DNA of 63,301 nt, the filler included. It is 9 parts of 9 records of this genome, joined end to end, with 100 filler letters (N's around TTAATTAATTAA, not from the genome) between each part and the next. Parts side by side here need not be neighbours in the genome. Positions count along the whole stretch, not along the records: positions 1 to 16,866 come from SRR15195285_76; 8 more parts are not named here. One strand, written 5' to 3'. Below, one piece after another: positions 1 through 12,100 of the stretch. Below the pieces are notes generated by a model. That model was not told the DNA's origin and searched no databases. It worked only from the letters and a program-made list of their open reading frames with translations. Each line of letters starts with the position of its first letter. The first letter of the stretch is position 1. The translations under genes were made by a program, and so were the position numbers.

Positions 1-146
1 GCGGCGGCCGAGCAGAAGGCGGCGGCCGAGAAGAAGGCGCCCCTTTCCCTGGGCACGGCGGCGTCCCTTTCCCTGGGGGCCTGGCCCTCCTGAATAGTTG
101 GTCCCTTGGCGGTTTCTAGGGGAAGAGGAGGAGGAGGAGGAGCGGC

Positions 147-3100
147 ATGCCGGTGTTCTATGGGATGGCGGAGTTTGAGAGCGAGGAGGACGGGGACCTG
201 CCGTTCAAGATCGGCGAGGCGGTGGAGGTGACGGACTTCGTCGAGCCTGGGGAGGGCTGGTGGACGGGGACGCTGAACGGCGCGAGCGGGATCTTCCCTG
301 CGAACCACCTGCAGCTCGGGACGGTCAAGGCCAAGGCGGTCGCCGCGTGCGAGGCAGAGGAGGACGGAGATCTGGAGCTCGAGCTGGGGCAGATATTCTT
401 GGTGACGGACTTCGAGCAGCCGGGCGAGGGCTGGTGGACGGGGGAGGCCAACGGTGTGAGCGGCATTTTCCCGGCGAACCACTGCGAAGTTGTGGAGGAC
501 GGCCCAAAGCCACCCGGGGTGGCTGCCACAGAGCCTGCCGAGGAGGAGCCGGCTCCAGTGCCTGACGCTGCGCCGCCAGCCGTGCCAGACGCTGCGCCTC
601 CGGCCGTGCCAGACGCCGCGCCACCTGCCGTGCCAGACGCTGCGCCGCCGGCCATCCCGACTGCAGCACCACCGCCCGTGCCAGATGCTGCGCCGCCAGC
701 TGTGCCGGACGCCGCGCCACCAGCGGTGCCAGCTGCTGCGCCGCCGGCCGTGCCAGAAGGTGTGCCGCCCAGCGCCCCCGCACCGGCGCCCACACCCGCC
801 GTGAATGCTGCAGGTGACATCGAGTACGACGAGAACGCTGTGGCGGGTCCGTTCGCTGCAAAACTCTCCTGTGGTCGCGTCCCGATGTGGAACGCGCCAT
901 TCTTCACGGACGCCTTCGCGGATGCGTTCATACCCAAGTCTTTCGGAACCGCCAAGCCGGTCTCGGGTTTCGGCAACTGTACGCACGGGCCTCTCAGTTG
1001 CCTGTCTCTGCGCCTCTTGTGTCGCTGTTTGCGTGACGGATGATCTGACTGTGCGCTTTCAATCCCATTGCAGTGATGGCCTCGGGGATGGAGATCGTCA
1101 AGGCAATGGAGAAGCTGTTCAAGCCAGGGCAAGGACCGGTGGGTCGGGTAGTCGAGGCGCTGTCGGACATGATGATGATTGCGAGCATGTTGCCTGTCAA
1201 CAAAAAGGATGACGCAGCGTTCTTGCAGTTCCTCGACTTTTTCATGATGAAGGTTGGTGCTATTCAGCCTGGTGGTGTCCTGGTCGCGCCGGCTGGCTGG
1301 AGCACAGGGAGCGGCGGGCACGTGATGCTCCTTATCTTGACGCGCAGCCTGACGCAACTCGACAAATACTCGTTCGCAATTGTCAACACTGGCGAGGGCC
1401 TCGAGTACCACGCGGCGCACGCTGACCCAGTCACTGCAGAGATCAAGCGGAACCTTGCCTTCGTGCTTCACGACGTGCCTGCGGTCCGTGTGACTGACAC
1501 AATATTTTGGTTCATGATTTATCGCATGATGGTTTATCCAGACGAAGAGAATGGTCCAAAGGATTTCTATGAGCGGCTGCTGCCGTATCTCAATAGCAAA
1601 CCCCTCATGGCAAATGTGGACGAGACCACGCCGTGGCGGCAGCCTCCGCACGGCAATGACACCACTCACTGCCAGTGCATTTTCGAGACGGTCCACTGCG
1701 CAGTTCGTATGGTGGACGGCGGCACTGATAACAACGGTGCTGATCGCGTGATTGTGCTTCTGAAGTGGACAATGGTCCACATGATGGAGAGTGACCTTGC
1801 GCTTGTGACGGAACTTGACAGCAATGAGGAAGTGAAAATCCAGCTTGCTGTGCAGCAGCTGTCTCATCGAGCATCTGAACTGGGTGTTCAAGACATCTGC
1901 TCTCTGACGTCAGACGAGCTCCTCAAGATCGCAGAGAGCCAGAAGCGTGTCGCCGCTCGCGTCTTTGAACTCCGATCCCAGATGGACGAGTCCGTTCCGC
2001 CGCCGATTCGGATCGAGACTGCTGCCACGGTTGCTGGAGCTGCAGCGTACCCGCTTTTTGGGCGCTTCCGGAGAGACACAGACGTGGAAGGCCTGATCGG
2101 TGACTACAAACCACCTGGCATAATCTTGCCAGTCGAACTTACTACCGTACCACCGGTTGCGAAAAACTTCGGCGAGGTCGCAAACGCGTTGCGTGATACT
2201 GTGCATCTGTGCAACCTGCTCGGCAATCAGGCCCATACGATGAAGAATACGTACCTGCACCGGGTCGCACTGATAATGAACTTGGTCACCAAAGTGATTC
2301 CGATGCCGCTGGCACCGAATCACCCGAAGCGCGAGACGCACTGCTTCTGGACTGCCCAGCCGATGAAGTACGAGACCCAGGCTGAACTGCTCCGGTCCCT
2401 CAGCCTCGTCAGCCAGCACTTCGCAACAGCGGCGATGTCGCTTCACGTCACACAGTCCTTCGATGCCAACCGGATGCTCATTGCAGCTTGCCTCGGCTGT
2501 CTAGCCGACTGCATCGTTCGCATTAAGGCGTGTGACTGCCCATCGCTGTTCTCGATGCACTATGCGGGAGCGACTGAGGGCCCTGTCAAGCCGTACGGGT
2601 TTCGCGCCCAGTACTTTGCTATTGAGAGTGAGACAGCGCTCTTCTACGATCCGGAGTGCCAGCTCGTTCGTACGCAGATTCTAGACTATTTCGCATACTG
2701 GAACGCAACTATCGAGCCGGACCACGTGGTGTTCAAGTATGAGGCCACGATGGATTTTGGCGCAGGTGAACACGGGCTGCTAGACCAGATCTGCCTAGCG
2801 AGCGCTTTTCCCCGCCACCTGATACCACAGTACTTTACAGGAGAGGAGCCGTGGTTTCTTGACAACTATCCAGAGCTCGGCTTCTTTCGTGACATCGTCT
2901 TCATGTTCAAAGCAATGATGGCACCGTCGTCGGACAGCCTGCCAGAGCTCGCGCCGTGGCTCCCTATCCAAGCGCGCTTGTTCTGGCAGTGTCAAGAAGG
3001 GAAGAAAGGCGCCGCCACGATACTCGAAGTTCGAGGCTTCAACAAGAAGCTCGAGTGTGCTGCCTTCGAGGAAGACTCTTGTGCCGAATCTAAAGGCCTG

Positions 3101-6100
3101 GGCCACTTCCTCGGGCTCGTCAAGAAACCGCGTGTTGTTCCGAGCGGGGGCAACGCTTCGCACCTCACTGGCGAGCGCGCCGAGAACGAGGATGATATTC
3201 TCCACATCCGTCACTTGCCCGACTTTGACGGCCAGCTGCGTACCAAGGATTCTGAGCTGCTGCTTTCGTACCTCACAGCTCCATACATCCGAATCCCGCT
3301 TGTGATGGAGTTCTTTACTGACCAGATCCGCATCAATTCTCTTCGTAACGAGGAGCTGCAGCAAGTCATGGACGCAGTCCTCTTCGAGCCTGGCGCTTGG
3401 CAAGAGGCCCTCAACAAAGAGCGCCCGACAAAGGTCCCTGCGCCAAATCGAGACCACTTGGCCACACCGTGTGGTCTCCTGTTCAACGAGCTCGAGAAGT
3501 CGCCACACAACATCATTCGATGCATGGACAAAATGCTTGAGATAGCCTTAGAGCTCGATCCAGGCCGCTACAACCCGGTCTCGTGCCCTGCGATTCTTTA
3601 CATCGTTCGTCTTGCCGTCCGCATCGAAGGCTACATGATGTACACCATCAACCACCACGACTGGGACATGAAGAACGCTGACGCCGAGGATGGTGTCCCA
3701 GTGGCAGCATTGACTGGCGCAATGGGAGAGTCGCACGTGCGTGGGCTGGCAGCGAACTCAGCCACAATTAGTTTCCTGAAGGACTACCAGAAGAAGTTGC
3801 GTGGGCGGCTCGAAGGGGAGGTTTTCTCAATGCTTGAGCATTGGATTGTGCGCGCTCAGCGAGACAAGAGTGTGCAGTCGATGTGCATCCTGCGCGCTCA
3901 CCTTGCATACCTCTACAAGCACACGGCTACTGAGGACCTAGACTTCAAGTCAGTGTCGACCCTACTCTCAAGCCAAGTTTACCTAATGAGCAATTTCATG
4001 TTTGATGCGGATGACCACCTTTCTCGACGCTCGAAAAAGAAAAAGGGCTCTTTCAGTCGAAAAGCTGAAGAGACAACAAACGCAAGTCTAGGCATCACCC
4101 AGACGGAGATGTTCCAACTCTTCCAGTCGAAGCGCTGGCAGCTGTACGAGTGGCTGGTCACCAATGGCGACGAGTGCAATGAGGTGATGGAGGCGATTGT
4201 TCGGGTGGTCACCTACACAGGGGCGCGTGCCAAACCCGAGGAGGGTAGCGTGATGAAGGCTCGTGTATGGCGCAGCATGCAGCAGCACGGATACCGAGGG
4301 CGCTTCGTCCCTGACACAGAGGCAAAGACGGACGAGGAGCTATTCGGAGTTATGGACGGCCAGAGCTACGAGGAGTGGCTGCGCCATTGTTCCACTTCTG
4401 TCATCGAAACCGAGATCAATCTACAGACTGGCGAGTTTACGTTGAAAAAGAAGCAGACAAAGCAGCTCTCTGTGGACATAAGCGACCATCATGATTTCAT
4501 CGATGTGTTCGGCCAGGTCGCTAAAGAAAACCCAGTTCAGTGCGCAGATGTGATGTTGACCACAAAACGCTTGCACACGCGCCTCGTTGGGCGCCGCCAC
4601 GACGTGCAGTTCTGGGAGCCTGATGACCGCATGCCAGTGCATTCAAACAACCGAGATTATCCGAAAAAAATAAAGGAAGATGAAGAGTGGATCAAAGAAA
4701 TGCTGGAGGACTCAGCGTATGGCCAGGGCATTCGTCTACAGTACCTGGATGGCTACGACATTTACTTGCCTGGTGACAGTCTCGGGGTCACAGGGAACCA
4801 GAAGGGCAAAAACATGGTAGTAATGTGTGCATACGAAAAGCCACTTGACAAGAAGGACAAGAAGCATAAGCACCGCAGCGGCACTCTGAAAGAGATCGTC
4901 TGCGTAAAGGAGCCCCCGCTGGTGCATATCTACAATGTTATCGAGAACGGCCGCCGCCATTATCGAAGTCTCATCTTCTCATCAGATGCCGACTTTTGTC
5001 TGCGCTCTATGGAGCCCACTCCTGTCATCCGCTACGACGTGCCAAACTACATTTCTGGTGACTCGTACGAAGCATTTGAGCAGCACGAATCGGTCGTGAT
5101 TACGCGCAATCTAACAGCGGAGCTTGGCGTGCAAACATTCATCCCTAACCGGTGTTTGCACGGCTTGGTTCCATCATCGCTCTGCGATGACTACGCATTC
5201 TGGCAAAACGAAGACGATAGTCTGTACGGGTACCTGCGTAACCCGGGCGATTCCACAAAGCGACCGTCAATGCTACACATCGAACTGTTCCCTGACGGCA
5301 AGCCTGACAAATCAGGCTTCGGCAATGCCGAGGCCAGTGCACTGATTCGCCGGATTCCGATTGAAAATCCAGAGGCAAATCATGCAGATATTAAAGTAGC
5401 AGAGGATCAGCCTGTGATGACTCTCTTGAATCTTCTGTACGCACTGCCAGGTACGCCTGTGCGTACCCTGGCAAACATCTTCATGCGGCTCGACAATCTC
5501 AGCAACTGCCTGATCTGGACCAAGAGCAAAGTTGCTGGCCCCGATGACACATGCACACTAGATGCTGTCGAGTTTCCGCGGCTCCAGATGGCCTTCACTG
5601 CTCAACAGACCTCTGATGGGATGAAACTCTTCAGTGACGACCACCAAGGTCTATTCATTTCCAACCATCGATGCCAGCCGACTATCTCGCTGCTAGCAGG
5701 TTTGCCCCAATCGCTTCTTCTAGAAAATCAAAACAAGGAAATGTACATCGTCATGCCCAGCATCTGCAAGCCAACACGCCCTGCATGTCCGGGTGGATTC
5801 TCGACAAAAGTGTTGCTGAACCGCAACGATACTGACTGGCTGCACCAGCTGGGCGATGTGCGGCATTACATGTACCCTGTCCATCTGACACGCGAATTCG
5901 TGTTCGCGTCTACGCTCGCTCAATCCATGTATATGATGCTCATGCGCTGCTTAAACCGCCAGTATGAAAAAGCTTTTCACATGCTGGACTCTTGCATCAA
6001 TGATATGCTTCTGACTGGAGAAGAACAGCAGATCTTTGACCAACTCGAGTTCCTTGGCACTGACTGGCATCCAAACGCTGCTGCCGTACGTCTCAAGCTG

Positions 6101-9100
6101 TTCTTCGCCACCATGGGCTGCCAGGACGTGATGCCGTACCCGTATGACCTTCGCGATGAGATGGCAGCCTACGTTGGCCGGCGCTATCTTGTGTCTGCTT
6201 CGTGTCGTTTGACACTCGATGAGGAGTGGGAGCTGTTCCAGATCATTCTCACGAAGGACCCCTACAAAGACACGGGATTGGAAGGCTTTCTGCATCTGAC
6301 GAACCGACATGCACTGCTGCGTGCTGGACGAGCGGGGGGAGGGCTGATGCCGCTCATTTATGATGAGAACATCGTTACGGATCTGGTGCAATACGATCGC
6401 TTCGTAGACAGGACTATCATGGACGTCTCTAAGTCTAAAATGGGAATGAAAACGCTGAAGTCTGTAGTTGGAGGAATTAGCTACACACGTCCAGACGATA
6501 TGGAAGGCCTGGCTGCTATTGCAAAGTTGAATAAGTGGATCGATCATGGAGTGCGCTTGCGCGGTGGAAAAGACCCACTCGGTTTTGTATTCCTATATGA
6601 GTTGATGACTGCGACGCTCAGCGTCAAAATACGCGGGACAGACTCACCACACAGCTTGGCTATGATGTTGATGCGCCTCATGCCTGCCAAGGAGACACAA
6701 GTGCCCGACACGCTCATGTCAGCGCTGCGCGTGATGGCAGATAATCCCTTGGTGTGTGCCTCGATGCCGAAGTATGAAGCGCAGTCTGGGATCAAGGCAC
6801 TTGGCAGCAAAGCCGGCCAGTGGATCAATCTTTTGGTAGGCATCAAAGAGGCCTTGGATTCGAGCCACGACGTGTTCTGGCCACCGAGCAAGCACACCGA
6901 GTATGCTGCGACCCCGCATATGACAGCGCTCAGTCTTGATAGGTATGTTGTCGCAGACCGCAGCACTTTGTGCCCTCGTATCACGGACTATGCTCTACAG
7001 CAGCGGAAGCTGTGCGAAGTCGCAGGGATCGCCGAGTCAGGCACGAACGTGGGTGTCAGCACTGAGGAGCTTCCTGAATTTGGCGGTGTCATGATGGACA
7101 AGCCACTAGACCTGTCGAAGTTTGTTGAGTTGCAAAATCGGTCTGCACGTGGTCTCCAGGATATACCGGAAGAATTGTGCTTCAATGTCAATGAGCACAG
7201 TGCCGCGAAGGCACACGTTGCAACGGCGATGGTGAATAGTTTGACGGAAGACATGAAGTGGTATGCGACCCAACAGAACGGACTTCAGGAGCCGAAGCTC
7301 ATCGAATTCTTCGACAGCGATATCAGCAGGTACGTACAGGACCCGTCCGGTGCCGGCACAACGAAGGCTATTGCAACTGTCGAGGGCTTGATAAAAGCCA
7401 TCGAGACTCAACAGGCCGCTGATTACGACAGAGTGCTAGATGGGATTCAGCACGTTCTCGCTGTGATCAATACTCCACCGTCCAACGACGGGTGTGACGA
7501 AGTCGAGCTGCGCAAGCGTTATGCCTTCATGCTAGGCGCTGAGTCTGGCAGAGAATCGAAGTTTTGGTTCGAGCTGCTCGTTGGAATGCTTCTCTCCACT
7601 ACTGGCGAGGCAGACATTGCCAAGCTGAATCCATATCTTGCTGAAGGCGGCGTCAAACGCACAATGGACCTTACAGTTGGAGTGATGCTCTCTGCGAATC
7701 GTCTCGGTAATCTGATGCGGTGCGGCGTAATGGCAAAGAAGGTGCACGGCATGCTGACAAAGCTACAAAGCATGACTACCGAGGAGGCAGTCGCGACAGC
7801 TTTTGCGCAGAATCTATCGTTGGAATCGACTACCCTTGCGATGTTCTTGCGGACAGAGCGCCATTTTGTCAACGATAAAATGGAGTACGATCCTCGGTTC
7901 CTTGCCTTCGAGTTTACGTATAACATGACTCTGCGCCAACAGCAAGTGAGATTAATCACACGCTTCCTGGAAGCGCTGCAGGTCGGCGATTCGCTGTGCC
8001 ACCAGATGATCATGGGAGCCGGAAAGACAACTGTTGTTGGGCCGATGCTTGCGTTGCTCCTCGCGGACGGTCAGTCGCTCGTTACACAAGTTGTACCAAA
8101 CCAGCTGCTCGACATGTCTCGAAACGTGATGCGCGAGAGCTTCACTGCCGTGATCCAGAAGCCCGTCTTTACCTTCGTGTTTGAGCGATCTACCGTCATC
8201 TCGGAGATCCTCTACACAAAACTTTTGAAAGCGAAAGATTCACGTGCGGTAGTCTGCTCCACTCCCACAGCCATCAAGTCGTTCGTTCTGAAGTTCATCG
8301 AGATTTTGCACACGTTGGAGAATGCGCGCACGATCGCCGCAGACGCAGTGGCCACCAAAGAGAAGGAAAACAAGAAGCGTGGGCGCGTCAAGACCATGGC
8401 GATGACTGCAAAGAACCTCCCCGGCAACCTCAACCCCCTCAACCTTTTCAGCGCTCGCAGGTATGAGCACTCCGACATCGAGGACATGCGAGCAGAGACC
8501 AAATTTGCTGTGCGGATCGTAGAGCTGTTTAATCTAGGCGTTCTCCTTCTTGACGAGGTCGATCTGATTCTGCATCCCCTCAAATCTGAGCTGAACTGGC
8601 CACTCGGCGACAAGAAGCCGTTGGACCTGACGCAGAACCGAGCGGGTTACGGCCTGCGATGGAAGATTCCATTCGTTATGCTGGACGCTGTCTTCTATTG
8701 CACAGAGAAGCGCACCACTTTCGATTTCACTGACTCCCGCGACGCAGTCGAAATTCTAGCAGAGTTGAATGCGGCCATTGAGGAGGGGTGTAAAACGAAA
8801 GATCTGCAAGCGATCCCTCACATCGTCATACTAAATCGGACGTTCTACAATTCGCGCATGCGGCCGCTGCTGTCACGCTGGATGATGATCTATCTACGTC
8901 ACATGCGCATCAAGGATGTCTCTGATGACTCAATGCTCGCCTACCTGATGAAGGGGTCTTCTGCGGGTAGTGACGCTGTCTCAGAAGTCGTTGACAACTT
9001 GTCGGACGAACATGTGAAGATGCTCAACCTAACTCACGATTGGCTGATCTCTTTTGCGCCGTTCGTGCTATCAAAGGTAGACCGCGTCAGTTTTGGGCTG

Positions 9101-12100
9101 CTAACGGAGGACCAAGTCAAGCACAACCTGGAGCAAGACCCGAAGATGCCAACTAGTCGTAAGCTGGTGGCAGTGCCTTTTGTAGGCAAAGACGTGCCGA
9201 CGCGGGCGTCAGAGTTTTCCCACCCAGATGTCGTGATCGGTCTAACCATTCTCGCCTACCGCTACGAGGGTATGCGGAACACGGACTTCACGAGCAAGCT
9301 TAAGAATATGCGTGAAGAAATGCAGGATCAGTACGGTCCCTACAACCAACGTGAGGCAAATCTTCGCTTCCAACATTTCGTTGAGCAGGGCGGCGGGCGC
9401 GTGCGTGGCACGAAGCTCATGGGAGACGAGGACGAGAAGACCAGTGCGAATGCCCTCGCTAAGAAAGTCGAACCCATTGCCGAATTTGACGGCATCTGGC
9501 CTCTGCACCTGTTGGATCTGGACGATCCGGAGCAGGTCGATTTGGTCTACCGCATGCTAGGTCACCTGCCCCACTTCATCTTCTCTTACCTGGACGAGGA
9601 GATCTTTCCTGAGACTATGCAATTCCAGGAGCTGAAGCTTGCCTCCAACGGTCAGGAGCTTGGTGGTGACCTGCTGTTCACTCGACGAGTTGGTTTCTCG
9701 GGTACGCCATCCGATCTCTTACCGATAGAGATGGGTCGATGCAACTACGAGCTTGGCGACCAGGCAAAGATCCTGGACACGCTAACCAATCCGGCCATCA
9801 TGTCACACTTCACCATCGGGGATGACTGGTCTCCGTCTTCTGTGCTCACCACAATCGCTCAGGCTGATCCACCATACCATGCGCTAATAGATACCGGCGC
9901 TGTGATTACGGGTTTTACCAATTTTGAGGTGGCACAATACATGTTGGAAGTTGGCCTACCGACGATGGAAGGATGCGTTTTCCTTGATGAGATGGACCGC
10001 AAGATGATCCTTGTGAGGAACGGCAACAAGGTCATGAAACTTGAGCAGAGCGGTATCCCGTGGGGGAAGCGGTTCACGTTCTTTGACCAGGTGCACACCA
10101 CAGGCATGGACATTAAACAGGTGCTCAACGCTCAGGCTGTCTGTACGCTCGGGAAGGACATGACGTTCCGCGACTACGCCCAAGGCACCTACCGTATGCG
10201 AGGCATAGGCAAGGGTCAGACAATCAAGCTTTTCATTATCCCAGAGGCGTTGAAGCTGCTCCGATCTGAGGTAGCAATGGGCCTAGGAACGACTCCAGGG
10301 GAGCGGCAGCAAACACTTGACCAACTGCCGGAGGACAAGGCTGCGAAGCAAATCCTGGACGACGTCGCGGCGTGGTTGATAATAAATGGTATGCGCTCTG
10401 AGAAGTTGCAGTTCAACTTGCTTTGCGAGCAGTCGACCTCGAATGTTTGGCGCAAGAGAGCTTACCGTAATCTGCTTGCGAATGCGGCGGCGATTGGTAC
10501 CCCGGACTGCCCTGCCTTCAACTACGAGTGCATGGACGTCTTCCGAGAACGAATTGATTTTGCAGTCGAAAATTCCGTCCCCACTCCGGAGAGCTTCGCG
10601 TCGAAGATTGCAGCAAAGATCGAAGACAATAAAACGATGATCAAGTCAGAGGTTGAACGTGAGGTGCTGGAGTCGATCAAAAGTCTTGTCAGCGACGGCG
10701 AAAGCGCCGACCGGCAAGGGAAGAAGGAGACGAAGGAGAATGTCAAGGCGGTTGTGTTTTACTCCTACATTCCACAGCACGATGACGACCTGGCCCTGAA
10801 CAAAGGTGAAGAGATCGAAGTCCTGCAGCAAGACTTCCACGGCGATCCACGGTGGTGGCGCGGCAAGAATGCAGGCGGTGTTGAAGGTCAATTTCCGTCG
10901 GCCAACGTCCGAGCCATACGAGAAGATGGCGCTGATGAGGGCAGTCCGGAGGAGATAGCGAAGACGCAGGCATTCAGCTCCGAACAAGTGCAGGAGCAGG
11001 AGCAAGAACAGGAGCAGGAGCAAGAACAGGAGCAGGAGAAGGAGGAGGAGCAAGAGAAGGAGCAGGAGGTTGAGGAGCCTAAAAAGCAGAAGTATTCGAG
11101 AGAAGACGAGGACATCAAGCCGTGGAAGCTTGAGGACCTGTCGAAGCCTCCCAGCGAAGGCGATCAAGGGTTTTACCCTTACTCTGACTTCACGGTGTTC
11201 ACGAAGGCAACACATACCCTGAAGCCGATGTCGTTCCCGCCGTACGTTCAGATCTCTGGAAATCACTACCGCAAACACTTCTCACTCAAGTCTCATCGGC
11301 GGTTGAAGAACGTCGTCGTAGTGATGGAGTATGTGCCAGACATGGATGCACTCGGTCCGATGGAGATGAAGGGTAAGCTGAAGAAGAAGCAAAGCCAAAG
11401 GCTCGAGAAAGTCTTCAATATGTTTTGTGTTGGCGGTGCCAGCAACGGAGACGAAGACATGGCCGCCGTCAGCGCCACAGAGGGCGACGAAGATGAAGAT
11501 GAGGGCGGCGAAGTCGCGGAGCAGTCGACGGGCCCGGCGCACAAACTGCAGTTGAAGGAGTTCAAGCAGCTATTGCTTGCGCTGGATGTCGACATAGAAC
11601 AAGACAAAGAGCAAATCGAAGCGCTGATGGCTGAGCACCCTGACGGACTTGCTTTCAATGACTTGAAGGATATGGTTCACAAGCAGCAGTTCTACCAGCT
11701 GCAGTCAGGGCGTTACTATGTAGGCCTGACGCTAGAGGAGGCTGAAACAATGCGCAGCATCATGCACATCTCACAGGGTCGCGAGTCATTCTTAGGTGTC
11801 GATGTGGAGGAGGATCACGGGGATGCTGGCAAGGTAATGGTTCACAAGCCGAGTTCCACGATGGTAAGCCTGCGCACGGGCTACACTGTGCTCGACGCGA
11901 CCGACGGCTTCCAGTCTGCAGGCAGCTACCAGGAGACGATTGCGACCGCGTGTTTCAATTTCATCAGCTCGGAGTACTCCTTCCAGGACCATGAGATGAA
12001 CATGCTCATTCGCACCCTCTCACCGTGCAAGATGAAGGATCGGATCGATTTCTTTGAAGGCGTCCGATCATGCCGTCGCCGAAAGCAGGTGCCGTGGCAA

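Noticed and set aside
1-93. End of an upstream gene (AAAEQKAAAEKK..*)
   Set aside because: Too short to support, and it may be UTR or low-complexity sequence.
158-1891. 577-aa minus-strand ORF with GTAGGAAS repeats
   Set aside because: Antisense shadow of the SH3/Pro-repeat exon; it runs through an intron and has no motifs of its own.
10646-11278. Minus-strand ORF with a poly-Leu membrane-like stretch
   Set aside because: Antisense of the QE repeat in the giant gene.
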